This document shows positions 8,500 through 16,828 of a DNA stretch of 64,000 nt, piece after piece (within the stretch, counting starts at the first letter, position 1; every line of letters begins with the position of its first letter). The stretch is from assembly GCA_038229495.1 (NCBI GenBank), contig JBBROJ010000007.1:3263-67262 (forward strand), given 5' to 3'. This stretch comes from Chthonomonadales bacterium (lineage in GTDB: Bacteria > Armatimonadota > Chthonomonadetes > Chthonomonadales > CAJBBX01). The notes below the pieces were generated by a model. It ran no database searches and was not told the DNA's origin. It saw only the letters and a program-made list of their open reading frames with translations. Made by a program: the position numbers and the translations under genes.

Positions 8500-9400
8500 G
8501 GGATTCTCCGAGTGCTGAGGGCTGAGCGCCGAGCGCTAATCTTCCCTCTTCCCACCGCGCAACCCCTATTGGAATCGAGACGCCCGGTAAGAAGCGGGGG
8601 GCCTGACATCGGAAAGTATCGGCATTTCCGGTAGTAAGGAGGAGGGAGCGGGCGGACGCGGGATCTGCTTCAACGGAAGTCGAAACGAGCATGTCATGCT
8701 CATTCAACCAGGCCGCAGCTTCGCGGGCCGGATCGATGAACTCTACAGGCTCCGAAAACAGCTCTTCCGATACGCGGCGGAGCACGGGGAGAAGGTAGGG
8801 ATAGTGCGTGCAGCCGAGGATAATCTTACGGCAGCCGAGCTTGGCGAGAAGTTGAAGGTATTCGCGCGCCGCGTCCATCGCGTCCTCGGATTCGGTGCGG
8901 CCTTCCTCTACAAGTGGCACGAACCTGGGGCACGGGACCTGGGCAATCGCGGCGCGGGGATCGCAGCAGTTGATGGTGAAGACGTACGCCCCGCTGTTGA
9001 CAGTGCCCTCGGTCGCCAGCACCCCGATGACGGGCGATTCCGCCTGGAGCTGCAGCTGCGCCTGCCCCAGGTTCTGCACGGCCCTCGCGGACGCAGGGCC
9101 AATCATGCCGACAACAGGCAGCGGAGCCAGTGATCTCTCCACGGAACGAAGCGCGACTGCCGACGAAATGTTGCAGGCCATGACTATGGCGCGGCAGCCC
9201 TGATTCGCCAGAAACTTGCTGATGCCCGTCGCGAACCCATGCACCTCTTCCAGAGGGCGGCCGCCGTAGGGCACGTGAGTCTGGTCGGCAACGTAGAGAA
9301 TACACTCATTCGGACAGATGCGGAGAATGGCGTCTACCACGGTAAGGCCGCCGACTCCCGAGTCGAATATGCCGAGCGCGCCTTCGAAAGGCCGTACCAT
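8489..9400 (-). CDS. murI: Glutamate racemase MurI
   Basis: Carries GIFDSGVGGLTV, ACNISS and GCTHYP motifs. The start is placed at M19 (9400), where TGATG overlaps the stop of the upstream GerMN gene. Confidence 0.88.
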   Translation of the reverse strand: MVRPFEGALGIFDSGVGGLTVVDAILRICPNECILYVADQTHVPYGGRPLEEVHGFATGISKFLANQGCRAIVMACNISSAVALRSVERSLAPLPVVGMIGPASARAVQNLGQAQLQLQAESPVIGVLATEGTVNSGAYVFTINCCDPRAAIAQVPCPRFVPLVEEGRTESEDAMDAAREYLQLLAKLGCRKIILGCTHYPYLLPVLRRVSEELFSEPVEFIDPAREAAAWLNEHDMLVSTSVEADPASARSLLLTTGNADTFRCQAPRFLPGVSIPIGVARWEEGRLALGAQPSALGESLAP

Positions 9401-9951
9401 CACCGGCTTTCTCCGGCGGAGGCGTCCTCGTCGCGAACCGGAATATCGTCCCACGGGCCGCTGTGCCCGTCCTCAAACAGCTTGCCATCGACCGTCACGC
9501 GCATCTTCTTGATATCGGGGAACTGGGCGAGCGCGGCGCGAATCTGCTGCTGCGCGAGGGACTGCATTGTGTCGCCCTTCTTGTTGAGCAGATTAAAATC
9601 ATCGGTCAGGTCCACGACTGCACGGCCACCCTTTACCTTCAGGCTCAAGAGACCCGTTCCAGCGGGAATCGCGCTCTCGAAACCCTTTGTGCCGCCTGCT
9701 TTCAACAGCGCTTCGAGCGTCTTTACCGCCGGGTCTCCGCCGGGGCTGATATTGACGGACTGTTTCTTCAACTTGAATTCATTGTCTTCAACGACCGGAG
9801 TAGTGATGTCGGCGCGGTCACGGCCAGTTTGGCGGACAGGCGCGGAATCGACCTGTTGCGCGGACGGCGACGCGAGCTTGCGGGCGAAGTAGACTCCAAG
9901 CCCCGCGAAAGCGAGCACGATCAGTAAAACTACGGGTAATACGCGGCGCAT
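9400..9951 (-). CDS. GerMN domain-containing membrane-anchored protein
   Basis: 183 aa with an N-terminal TM helix. It has a GerMN-like region (AVKTLEALLKAG..G..SAIP.GT.LLSLKVKGGRAVVDL..DF). Confidence 0.6.
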   Translation of the reverse strand: MRRVLPVVLLIVLAFAGLGVYFARKLASPSAQQVDSAPVRQTGRDRADITTPVVEDNEFKLKKQSVNISPGGDPAVKTLEALLKAGGTKGFESAIPAGTGLLSLKVKGGRAVVDLTDDFNLLNKKGDTMQSLAQQQIRAALAQFPDIKKMRVTVDGKLFEDGHSGPWDDIPVRDEDASAGESR

Positions 9952-10091
9952 AAGGTTAGAACGGCTCCTGATGGCAGCGGTATGCCACCATTATGAAAGG
10001 CCGGCATTGTGAAAGGCCGGCATTATGAAAGCCCGGCAAGGGCTTGCCGGGCTGCCGGGTTGCAGTGTGACGAGCGGGATAATGGTGCGCG

Positions 10092-11909
10092 TCAACGCAT
10101 TCCCATCTGCGTTACCGGTGTCACGACCCCCGTAGGGCCCGCTACATTTTCCACGAGCGAGGCTTCCACGTACCCGCGAATACCTTCGACGATAGCCTGC
10201 GCAATCGTGTCCTGGAACTCTGGGTTTATCAGCCTGGTTCGGTCGTTGACATTGTTAATGTACCCGATCTCAACGAGCGTGGATGGGATCGCGCCGGTGT
10301 GCAGGACCGCCATACCCGTTCCCACGAACCGCTCGCGATCCGACCGGGCGCGTCGATTCGGCAGACCGCTCACCGCGGCTATGTTCTCGACGATCGAGTG
10401 CGCAAGCGCCCGTCCGTTCGGGTCATCCTTCGAATAATATGCGGTCGTGCCGGACGCGCTGTTGGGCCGCGGGCAGTCGTCGACATGTATGCTCACGAAA
10501 AGATCGGCATTATTCTGAATCGCGATTCTCGGGCGATCGGTCAGCGGGATGGCGACATCTTTCGTACGCGTCATGAGGACAGTCGCGCCTTCCTCTTCCA
10601 AAAGCCGCTGGACGCGCTTCGCAATGGAGAGAGTCAGTTGCTTCTCCATAATGCATTGTCCCGCGCAGACAATTGAGCAACCTACCGGATTTTTGCCCTC
10701 GCTGCCGCCGTGTCCGGGATCGACGACAACCACGAGTTCACTTATCTTGCGTCCAACGCCCTGCGGAAGCCCGAAATTGATCGTAATTCCGTTCGCATCG
10801 GGCGGCAGGAGTCGATACGTGATAAGTCGAGAGAGGTCAAGTACGAATCGCGTGGAGCCGGGCGTCTCGCCGTCCACAGCGTGGATTCCACTCAGGAACG
10901 GATGCTCGATATTCCAATCCCTCTGGTCGCCTTCGATAACGGCATTGGGCACGTCGATGGCAAGGCGCGACGGCTGGCCAAGCAGTCTGGTGGTCGCCTG
11001 AGCCTTTCCGACGGTCCTGATGCGTATGCGCGCCGATTGCATCCCGGTAGTCTCGAAAGCTACATCCTCGATGCGGACGGCCGCTACGAATGGCTTCACC
11101 CCCACCGCAGGGCGGGGGTTTACCGCGCCCCGGCTTGCTAGAGGGCCCGGGGGTGTTGCGCCGGGCCGCGGTAACGTGGTGGCGGGACTGCCAGTGTTGT
11201 CCAGTGCGCCGGAAGGCTGTATGTTCTGCGGCGGCGCAGCGCCCTGATCCGCCGCTTTCGCATTGGTATAAGCATTCGATTTGTTGAGACCGAATTTGCC
11301 CGGCGGAAGCGGAACAACTATCCTTGATTCGATCGGCGGTTTCTTATCGAACGCGGGCCTGCTTATCCTGGCGGCGCCAATGGCATGCGAGTCGTTCAAT
11401 TCCACCGGTAGAGGGAGCGGCGCCCGCTTCTCGACAATCGGACGCGAAGTCTCCGACCTGGCTGGAGGATCGATCTTCTCTAACGCCGGGCGTTCGCCTT
11501 CGCGCCGCACGTCGCACATATTCTGCTTAACGATGACGACGATGCCGAGCGGCTTCGCGAGCGTGGAGAGCGGCACCATGGGCTGCTTGCCCGGCCGTGC
11601 CAAAGCGACCTCCGTCTTCAAGCCGTTCGGAAGGGTGACGACCGCCGTCTCATCGCGGCGGCCTAGCGTGTAGGTCGCGCCGAGAGCGGTGAGAGCGTCA
11701 AGTGGAAGATAAACTTCACGGCCGTCGTAGACGGCGGGGGTTCTTAGTGCGACTTCTTTGCCACTGATCCGGAGCTTAATCGGATTCAGCGTGCCAGCAA
11801 GGGCAGACATCGTGGTCAGCGAAAGAGCGAGCGCCGTGATTATGGCGACCGCGAGCGTCGCGGGGCGGATGGATGCGCATCTCCTCAATAATCCCGTCCT
11901 CCGAAACAT
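10092..11909 (-). CDS. N-acetylmuramoyl-L-alanine amidase (Amidase_3) with N-terminal stalk-like and AMIN-like domains
   Basis: 605 aa with a signal peptide. It has a copper-amine-oxidase-N-like domain (ISGKEVALRTPAVYDGREVYLPLDAL). The C-terminal VVVDPGHGG...DLFVSIHVD...LVEIGYINN motifs mark an amidase_3 catalytic domain. Confidence 0.85.
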   Translation of the reverse strand: MFRRTGLLRRCASIRPATLAVAIITALALSLTTMSALAGTLNPIKLRISGKEVALRTPAVYDGREVYLPLDALTALGATYTLGRRDETAVVTLPNGLKTEVALARPGKQPMVPLSTLAKPLGIVVIVKQNMCDVRREGERPALEKIDPPARSETSRPIVEKRAPLPLPVELNDSHAIGAARISRPAFDKKPPIESRIVVPLPPGKFGLNKSNAYTNAKAADQGAAPPQNIQPSGALDNTGSPATTLPRPGATPPGPLASRGAVNPRPAVGVKPFVAAVRIEDVAFETTGMQSARIRIRTVGKAQATTRLLGQPSRLAIDVPNAVIEGDQRDWNIEHPFLSGIHAVDGETPGSTRFVLDLSRLITYRLLPPDANGITINFGLPQGVGRKISELVVVVDPGHGGSEGKNPVGCSIVCAGQCIMEKQLTLSIAKRVQRLLEEEGATVLMTRTKDVAIPLTDRPRIAIQNNADLFVSIHVDDCPRPNSASGTTAYYSKDDPNGRALAHSIVENIAAVSGLPNRRARSDRERFVGTGMAVLHTGAIPSTLVEIGYINNVNDRTRLINPEFQDTIAQAIVEGIRGYVEASLVENVAGPTGVVTPVTQMGMR

Positions 11910-11934
11910 CGCGCGTTCAGGACCCAGGGAGCCC

Positions 11935-11965
11935 TTTATTGACAGTCATTTATTGACAGTCAATA
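11935..11965. promoter_or_regulatory. Direct repeat 2 x TTTATTGACAGTCA containing the palindrome ATTGACAGTCAAT, upstream of the amidase operon
   Basis: Read directly from the sequence. It lies 26-56 bp upstream of the amidase start. On the minus strand it reads TTGACT-17 nt-AATAAA (weak promoter-like). Confidence 0.35.
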
Positions 11966-12112
11966 TAGATTTTCGGTAAGTATAGCGGCTTTCCTCTCGC
12001 TTGTCCAGAGGATTCTCGTAATTCTAACAGTGGACAACCGACATGAGGGGGTAAAAAGACTGCGCCGTTGCGTGCGGATAGGTGTCTGCAACGGCGGGCA
12101 TTCGTTTCTCAA

Positions 12113-12176
12113 GGGCGAATAAATCTCGGCAAAGGTTGGGTGCGGAGATCGAAATTCTGCAGCGATTTATTCGCCC
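12113..12176 (-). terminator. Long hairpin downstream of the DUF4139 gene
   Basis: A 13-bp inverted repeat (GGGCGAATAAATC / GATTTATTCGCCC) with an inner ATCTC/GAGAT stem, about 20 nt after the stop at 12197. A second 9-bp inverted repeat is at 12063-12096. Confidence 0.4.
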
Positions 12177-12196
12177 CTACGCCTCCCGTGCCGCCG

Positions 12197-14017
12197 CTAC
12201 TCCGAGAAATAGTGCCAAGTGTAGCCGAGGTCTATGGACTTGCCAGGTTCCAAAGCGACCTTCCAATCGATTCGACCCACGCCGTGGAAGCGCCACCACC
12301 ATCCAGGCCAGTTGTACCAGCGCCACCAGTACGGAAGCTCATCCGGCGCGACTATGCTGCCCTCCTCAAAGGAGTTCACCATCTTTGTCTTGCCATCGTG
12401 ATCGGCTGTATCGACCTGCCCCAGAACGTAGCGGGCGACCTCCACATCGACCGGCTGCGTCCGGTAGTTTGACAGGTTTATCGTTCCCGCCAGATCGATC
12501 CTCGCAAGATGAACTCCGTGCCACTCAAGCGCATTGGGCATGCGCCCGGTCTCCCGCTCCGTCTTCTTCACCTTGATGTCTATAGCCGTGGTAATCGGCA
12601 GGTCCACTGTGCCGCCTACCGAGGTGTAGGTCATCATTGCCTGCGCCATCACCTTTTCGCCATTCAGAATCAGGGCGGGCGAGGTGGTGAGCGGATAGGC
12701 GTTTTTGTTCTCCAGACGCAGCTTGTGCATCACCTTCGGCGCAGCCATGAGCCGCGCAATCTCCGCCTGCTGATCGCTGTTCAGGCTGCCGCGCATCTCG
12801 GGCGGCGGCCCAAAGTGAAGCTCCAGGGTGTAAACATCCCGATATTTAAGCGTAAACTCGGTGACGGGAATCACCATCCGCTCGCCGCGCTTCAACGACA
12901 CATGTTTTACAGTGAAGACATAGAGGTCTTCGTTCTTCTCGGAGCCGCTTAGCTCTGGCCCGGCTTCGACGGGCGGTGGCTGTCCACCGCCTCCGCCTCC
13001 CCCGCCTAAGCCTCCGCCTCCGAACCCGCCCATTCGTTCCCCTGCCCGCGCGCTCTGCGACATGATGGCATTGGACATGGCGAATCCGGATCGCGAGTCC
13101 GTCTGGAAATACTGGCCCAGCTGCGCGAACGTCTGCTGGATTCCAATGGGATCGGGCGTGTCCTTGAAAAAGAAGGAAGGTACGCCGATGACGAGATTGG
13201 CTGTTACATCGTCCAGATCGACCATCTCATTGACAAGAGTCGCGTGCATCTTGATTGCCGCCGTTCCCTTGCCGTCGATAGTGATCCGGTAGCTCGGAAT
13301 CCACCGGATGCCCTTTTGCAGATAGATCATGCCGACCGCTGCATTTGGCGCGGGCTTCTGATTCTGCCACTCCAGTTTGAGCGTCAGCAGATTGCGGAAT
13401 TCCTCGCCGGTTACCTTTCCGCTATATGGCCCCTTGAACGCTACGCTTCGAATCCGCTCGATAGGCTTGACGGCAACCCCCTCGGTGGTCTTCAGCAGAA
13501 TCACGCTGCCCTTCTCCGGGAGAGGCTGGGGAGCGTTCGGCGGATTCGTCGCGTCGAGCTCCTGCGACGTGCGCGTGGGAAACCCCACAACCTGCGCCGG
13601 GTAGGACTTGCCGTCCACTTCGGTGACGACGACGGACGCGCCCGGATTCGCTTCCAACAGCTCGCGGAGAGTTAGGCCGGTGCGGCTGACCTGTACGCGG
13701 CGCGGGCTCGCCCTGACCGCGCTCAACTTGACGCCGCGCTCGGCTGAATAGGGCCAGAAGGTTCCAATCACGGGCGTCGGAAGGTAGTCCATCTGGACGT
13801 TTCCCGAAGCGTCTGTAGGCATCCGTCCCTCGTGGAGCATGAACGCATGCCCATCCTTGAAGACCGTAATCTCCCTGACGGGCATCTTCGCGAGCGCGCT
13901 GAGCGGCGCTGCCCCCTGGCCCGACGCGGTATCCATACAGACTGCACAGAACGATAGGACTGGGACGACGGAAAATCCCCGCGTGATAATCTTCACGTGC
14001 ATGTAGCTCTCCTCCAA
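12197..14017 (-). CDS. DUF4139-like (mucoidy-inhibitor MuiA-like) secreted protein with internal poly-Gly tract
   Basis: 606 aa with a signal-like N-terminus (from M at 14002). It has the general DUF4139 architecture, and GGFGGGGLGGGGGGGG lies mid-protein. Family assignment is from memory. Confidence 0.5.
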   Translation of the reverse strand: MEESYMHVKIITRGFSVVPVLSFCAVCMDTASGQGAAPLSALAKMPVREITVFKDGHAFMLHEGRMPTDASGNVQMDYLPTPVIGTFWPYSAERGVKLSAVRASPRRVQVSRTGLTLRELLEANPGASVVVTEVDGKSYPAQVVGFPTRTSQELDATNPPNAPQPLPEKGSVILLKTTEGVAVKPIERIRSVAFKGPYSGKVTGEEFRNLLTLKLEWQNQKPAPNAAVGMIYLQKGIRWIPSYRITIDGKGTAAIKMHATLVNEMVDLDDVTANLVIGVPSFFFKDTPDPIGIQQTFAQLGQYFQTDSRSGFAMSNAIMSQSARAGERMGGFGGGGLGGGGGGGGQPPPVEAGPELSGSEKNEDLYVFTVKHVSLKRGERMVIPVTEFTLKYRDVYTLELHFGPPPEMRGSLNSDQQAEIARLMAAPKVMHKLRLENKNAYPLTTSPALILNGEKVMAQAMMTYTSVGGTVDLPITTAIDIKVKKTERETGRMPNALEWHGVHLARIDLAGTINLSNYRTQPVDVEVARYVLGQVDTADHDGKTKMVNSFEEGSIVAPDELPYWWRWYNWPGWWWRFHGVGRIDWKVALEPGKSIDLGYTWHYFSE

Positions 14018-14242
14018 TGATAATTCTGCTTCTTAGACGAGCCGGGCGGGTAACTGGTCACCTCCGGGACCGTTCTCCGCGCGGACGTCTCAATTACGAG
14101 ACGGTGGCTACAGGATTGAGCGCGTTTTGCACTGCATTTGAAAATAGTAGAAAGATTGTGACCTATTTATGTGTAAAACACCCGTTTTGAACGGCTATAT
14201 ATATGAGGGCGATTAAAACAAGGCGCAAGGTGAGGTGCAAGA

Positions 14243-14704
14243 ATGGCAGTAATGGAGCCCCCAATCCCAGACACGATTTGTATTCAGCAGGGTCCGCCTA
14301 ATAGGCCGGATTCAATATGGGATGTACGCGAACGGCTGGAGGAGAACTTCCGGCGCGTCGAGCGGCTGCTGACCGAAATGGAGATGCAGCAGGTTCCGAA
14401 GATGAGGCTGGCGGCCGCTGCCGAGATGAGGCAGCACATCGCCCTGGCGGAGAAAACATTGGAGACGGCCGCGCGCGCCGAAGCGGTGCGAGCGTTCGAG
14501 GAGATCGTGCTAACCGTCCTGTCGGAGGCGAGCGCTAAGGTGCTGCGCAGGGTATTGGAGGCGTTGAAAGCGAGGGGTGCACATGGAAACGATCACGCCG
14601 TACCTGACGTCACTCTGTCGGAAGATAGAGGCGAAGTTCGGCAGCGAGATTTGGGACGACAGGATGCTGAGCTATCGGAGCAGTCCGGAGAGCTTTGCGG
14701 ATGA
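14243..14704 (+). CDS. Coiled-coil hypothetical protein in the terminase small-subunit position
   Basis: 153 aa, directly upstream of and overlapping TerL. Assignment is by position only, with no recognisable motif. Confidence 0.35.
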   Translation: MAVMEPPIPDTICIQQGPPNRPDSIWDVRERLEENFRRVERLLTEMEMQQVPKMRLAAAAEMRQHIALAEKTLETAARAEAVRAFEEIVLTVLSEASAKVLRRVLEALKARGAHGNDHAVPDVTLSEDRGEVRQRDLGRQDAELSEQSGELCG

Positions 14705-16145
14705 GGTGCTCGGCTCGCGCTGGTGGTCGCGGCAGCGTTCGGTGGCCGGGCTGGTAGCTAAGCACCGGCGAACGGCAGTCAAATCCGCGAATGGAGTCGG
14801 CAAGACCTATCTGGCGGCCGATCTGGCGCTCTGGTTTCTCTACACGCACCGCCCGTCGATTGTCCTGACGACTGCCCCTACGTGGAGGCAGGTGCGGCAT
14901 CTGCTCTGGGAAGAGATTCGAAAGCGGATGCGCTCCGCGCGGACGCCGCTGCCGGGAACGCTGCTCAATACGCGAATCTCGGCGGGTGAAGGCTGGTTCG
15001 CGCTGGGGCTGGCGACCGACGATCCGGTCAAGTTTCAGGGGTTTCACGCGGAGAACCTGCTCATTATCTTTGACGAGGCGAGCGGCATCCCCGATCCAAT
15101 CTGGGATGCGGCCGAGGGAGTGGCGGTCGGAAGGCATAACCGGATTCTTGCAATTGGCAACCCGCTGACGACATCGGGCCGGTTCTACAAGCTGTTCCGG
15201 TCTGGGTCCGCGTGGAGAAGAGAGACGATTAGCGCCCTGGAGCATCCGAATGTGACCGGAGAAGAGCCGCCGATTCCCGGCGCGGTAACCCCGGAGGCAA
15301 TTTCCGAGCGAGTCGCGGAGTGGTGCCAAGAAGAGGTCGTTGGGTCGTTGGGTGATGGGGTCGTCGGGGACGGCGCATCTGTAATGCCGGGAGCGTTCGT
15401 GTGGCAAGGGCGGCGGTACAAGCCCAACAACCTATTTAAGGCGCGCGTTTTGGGCGAGTTCCCGGATTCGGAGGATGACACACTCATTCCGCTACCCTGG
15501 ATAGAGGCGGCCGTCGAGCGAGAACTACCACCTCTATCCACGGAAGGGTGCAAGCGCGTGGCGGCGGATGTTGCGCGATTCGGCAGCGACTGTACGGTAA
15601 TCGGAATGCGAATCGGGCCGCGCGTGGTGAGGATGGATGTCGTGCGGGGAGCGGACCTAATGGAGGTGGCGGGCCGTATTATGAAGCTCGCCTATGAGGA
15701 GCATCCTGACAGCATTGCCGTGGACGCAATCGGCCTGGGCGCGGGAGTCGTGGACCGCCTGGTGGAACTGAACCTGGGCGAAGTCGAGGCGGTAAACGTC
15801 GCGAATACGGCGAATAATTCACAACGATTCGCAAACCGGCGCGCCGAGCTCTACTGGTCGCTGCGCGAGCGATTCCGAATTGGCAACATTTCGATTCCGC
15901 GCGATGATGCGCTCGTGGAGGAATTGTCCGGGCTGCGATATTTGCACACGTCCAGGGGCCAGATTAGAATGGAGAGCAAAGAGGATATGAAACGGCGTGG
16001 CATGCATTCGCCGGACAGGGCCGACATGCTGGCGATGCTTTTCGATTCGAGCGCGGAAGTATTGGCCGCGATTCATCCGGGCCGCGCGGCGAGGACGGAA
16101 GATTCGCCGTCAGCGCAATTCCGCTCCGAAATGAACGGCTGGTGA
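14577..16145 (+). CDS. terL: Phage terminase large subunit
   Basis: 522 aa. It has Walker A (KSANGVGKTY), Walker B (LLIIFDEASGI) and a C-terminal RNaseH-like nuclease region (RVAADVARFGSD...DAIGLG). The start is uncertain (14577, 14583 or 14664). Confidence 0.88.
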   Translation: MHMETITPYLTSLCRKIEAKFGSEIWDDRMLSYRSSPESFADEVLGSRWWSRQRSVAGLVAKHRRTAVKSANGVGKTYLAADLALWFLYTHRPSIVLTTAPTWRQVRHLLWEEIRKRMRSARTPLPGTLLNTRISAGEGWFALGLATDDPVKFQGFHAENLLIIFDEASGIPDPIWDAAEGVAVGRHNRILAIGNPLTTSGRFYKLFRSGSAWRRETISALEHPNVTGEEPPIPGAVTPEAISERVAEWCQEEVVGSLGDGVVGDGASVMPGAFVWQGRRYKPNNLFKARVLGEFPDSEDDTLIPLPWIEAAVERELPPLSTEGCKRVAADVARFGSDCTVIGMRIGPRVVRMDVVRGADLMEVAGRIMKLAYEEHPDSIAVDAIGLGAGVVDRLVELNLGEVEAVNVANTANNSQRFANRRAELYWSLRERFRIGNISIPRDDALVEELSGLRYLHTSRGQIRMESKEDMKRRGMHSPDRADMLAMLFDSSAEVLAAIHPGRAARTEDSPSAQFRSEMNGW

Positions 16146-16206
16146 ATTCTGCGAACCATGAGAAACGTGAGAGAAGACAATGCGTGTAAAACGCATGTCT
16201 GGTGGA

Positions 16207-16245
16207 CCTTCGGCCAAACGTCCTTCGGCCAAACGTCCTCCGGAC
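16207..16245. repeat. 2.5 copies of the 15-mer CCTTCGGCCAAACGT
   Basis: Read directly from the intergenic region after terL. An adjacent 8-bp hairpin (GTCCTCCG...CGGAGGAC) follows. Confidence 0.85.
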
Positions 16246-16336
16246 GGTAAGACATTGTTGCATTCGGAGGACGCTTGACGGTGCATCCGTCCCACCGGAC
16301 GCCGATTTACTCCGTTGGGCCGACGTCAGAATCATG

Positions 16337-16365
16337 TTGACTGTGCCCCTCCCGTCTGCTACACT
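16337..16365 (+). promoter_or_regulatory. Sigma70-type promoter TTGACT-17 nt-TACACT
   Basis: Hexamers and 17-nt spacer read directly. It lies about 80 nt upstream of the DUF3467 gene. Confidence 0.55.
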
Positions 16366-16443
16366 GATCACAGCGGGAGGGCCCTTCTCTAAGCGGATGC
16401 CCTTTCCAATTCGCTTCGAATCAAACCGAGGAGAGGGGTTCAA

Positions 16444-16713
16444 ATGAACGACGACGATTTCATCCGCCTGCCGGAATACTACACGGACTCGGTCAATTTC
16501 ATGACCAACATTTACGGCTTCACGCTGGAGTTCGGCGCTACCCAGGCGCAGGAACAGCCGCCGAGACCTCTCGTCCGCATCAAAATGAGCCCGCAGCACG
16601 CCAAGATCATGAGCCTGCTGCTTCGCAAGAACGTGCAGGAGTACGAAAAGCGAATCGGCACCGTCATCCTTCCTGAGGGGCTCTACCAGGAGCTGGGCAT
16701 TCAGGACGAATAG
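16444..16713 (+). CDS. DUF3467 domain protein
   Basis: 89 aa. YTDSVNFMTNIYGFTLEFG...RIKMSPQHAKIMSLLLRKNVQEYEKRIG matches my memory of DUF3467. Confidence 0.6.
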   Translation: MNDDDFIRLPEYYTDSVNFMTNIYGFTLEFGATQAQEQPPRPLVRIKMSPQHAKIMSLLLRKNVQEYEKRIGTVILPEGLYQELGIQDE

Positions 16714-16790
16714 CGAGGCGTGAGGCGTGAGGCGTGAGGCGAGTAGCGCGGGGCGTGAGTTAAGAGTCGAGAGTTAAGAGTCGAGAGTTT
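16713..16790. repeat. Heptamer array (GYGAGGC x about 7) followed by 2 x 14-mer TAAGAGTCGAGAGT
   Basis: Starts on the stop codon of the DUF3467 gene. GAGTCGAGAG is the reverse complement of the CTCTCGACTC units at 22133-22153. Confidence 0.9.
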
Positions 16791-16792
16791 TA

Positions 16793-16824
16793 GAGGGGCC
16801 GCTTCCATATGGAAGCGGCCCCTC
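16793..16824 (+). terminator. Perfect 14-bp GC-rich hairpin GAGGGGCCGCTTCC-ATAT-GGAAGCGGCCCCTC
   Basis: Read directly. The trailing CGCTTT is only weakly U-rich. Confidence 0.55.
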
Positions 16825-16828
16825 CGCT

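Noticed and set aside
12960-13040. GC-rich CCGCCTCC-type repeat inside the 12197..14017 gene
   Set aside because: It is in frame and encodes the poly-Gly linker (GGFGGGGLGGGGGGGG) of the DUF4139-like protein. It is not an independent element.
14150-14170. TTGTGACCT (9 nt shared with the tRNA-Val T-arm region) in the AT-rich tract just left of the phage-like module, as a possible distal att site making 14-33 kb one island
   Set aside because: A 9-mer match is expected by chance in 64 kb on two strands, and the flanking bases do not extend the match. This contrasts with the 28/32 match at 31974-32005.
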